NCBI RefSeq assembly: GCF_001194135.2
Contig: NC_068990.1
Coordinates: forward strand, 83,919,840-83,954,145
Length of the DNA: 34,306 nt
Direction: 5' to 3'
Source of the DNA: Octopus bimaculoides
Lineage: Eukaryota
In this document: piece after piece, positions 34,256 to 34,306 of the stretch
How the letters are laid out: every line of letters starts with the position of its first letter
How positions within the stretch are numbered: the stretch's first letter is position 1
Translations under genes and position numbers: made by a program
Notes under the pieces: generated by a model
The model's database searches: none
Seen by the model: the letters and a program-made list of their open reading frames with translations, nothing else
What the model was told of the DNA's origin: nothing

Positions 34256-34306
<51 letters not shown>
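34256..34306. repeat. (GA)n microsatellite
   Basis: Directly visible. Confidence 0.95.

Overview
Eukaryotic, AT-rich, intron-dominated genomic DNA with four N-gaps. Its SINE and microsatellite content looks like an octopus or other cephalopod genome (inference). Manual splicing gives 23 GT-AG exons on the + strand (886-34140). They join phase-correctly into one stop-free frame of 2302 nt (1 nt + 767 codons), the middle of one large receptor gene whose start and end lie outside the window. Domain order is 13 single-exon LRRs, LRRCT, a 12-Cys Ly6/uPAR (three-finger-like) domain, a SEA-like module, HormR, then the N-terminal part of a GAIN domain. This is the ectodomain of a probable adhesion GPCR with an architecture I do not recognise from vertebrate families; GPS and 7TM are not in the window. 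Seven LRR exons (8.3-15.2 kb) form a young tandem array of two types, and the youngest copies differ more in their exons than in the flanking introns. Introns contain several tRNA-headed SINE families, three mariner remnants, a Helitron remnant, a possible Gypsy remnant, two kinds of repeat with degenerate hammerhead-ribozyme cores (Penelope-like) and microsatellites. Most ORFs in the supplied track are artefacts of gaps, microsatellites or repeats.
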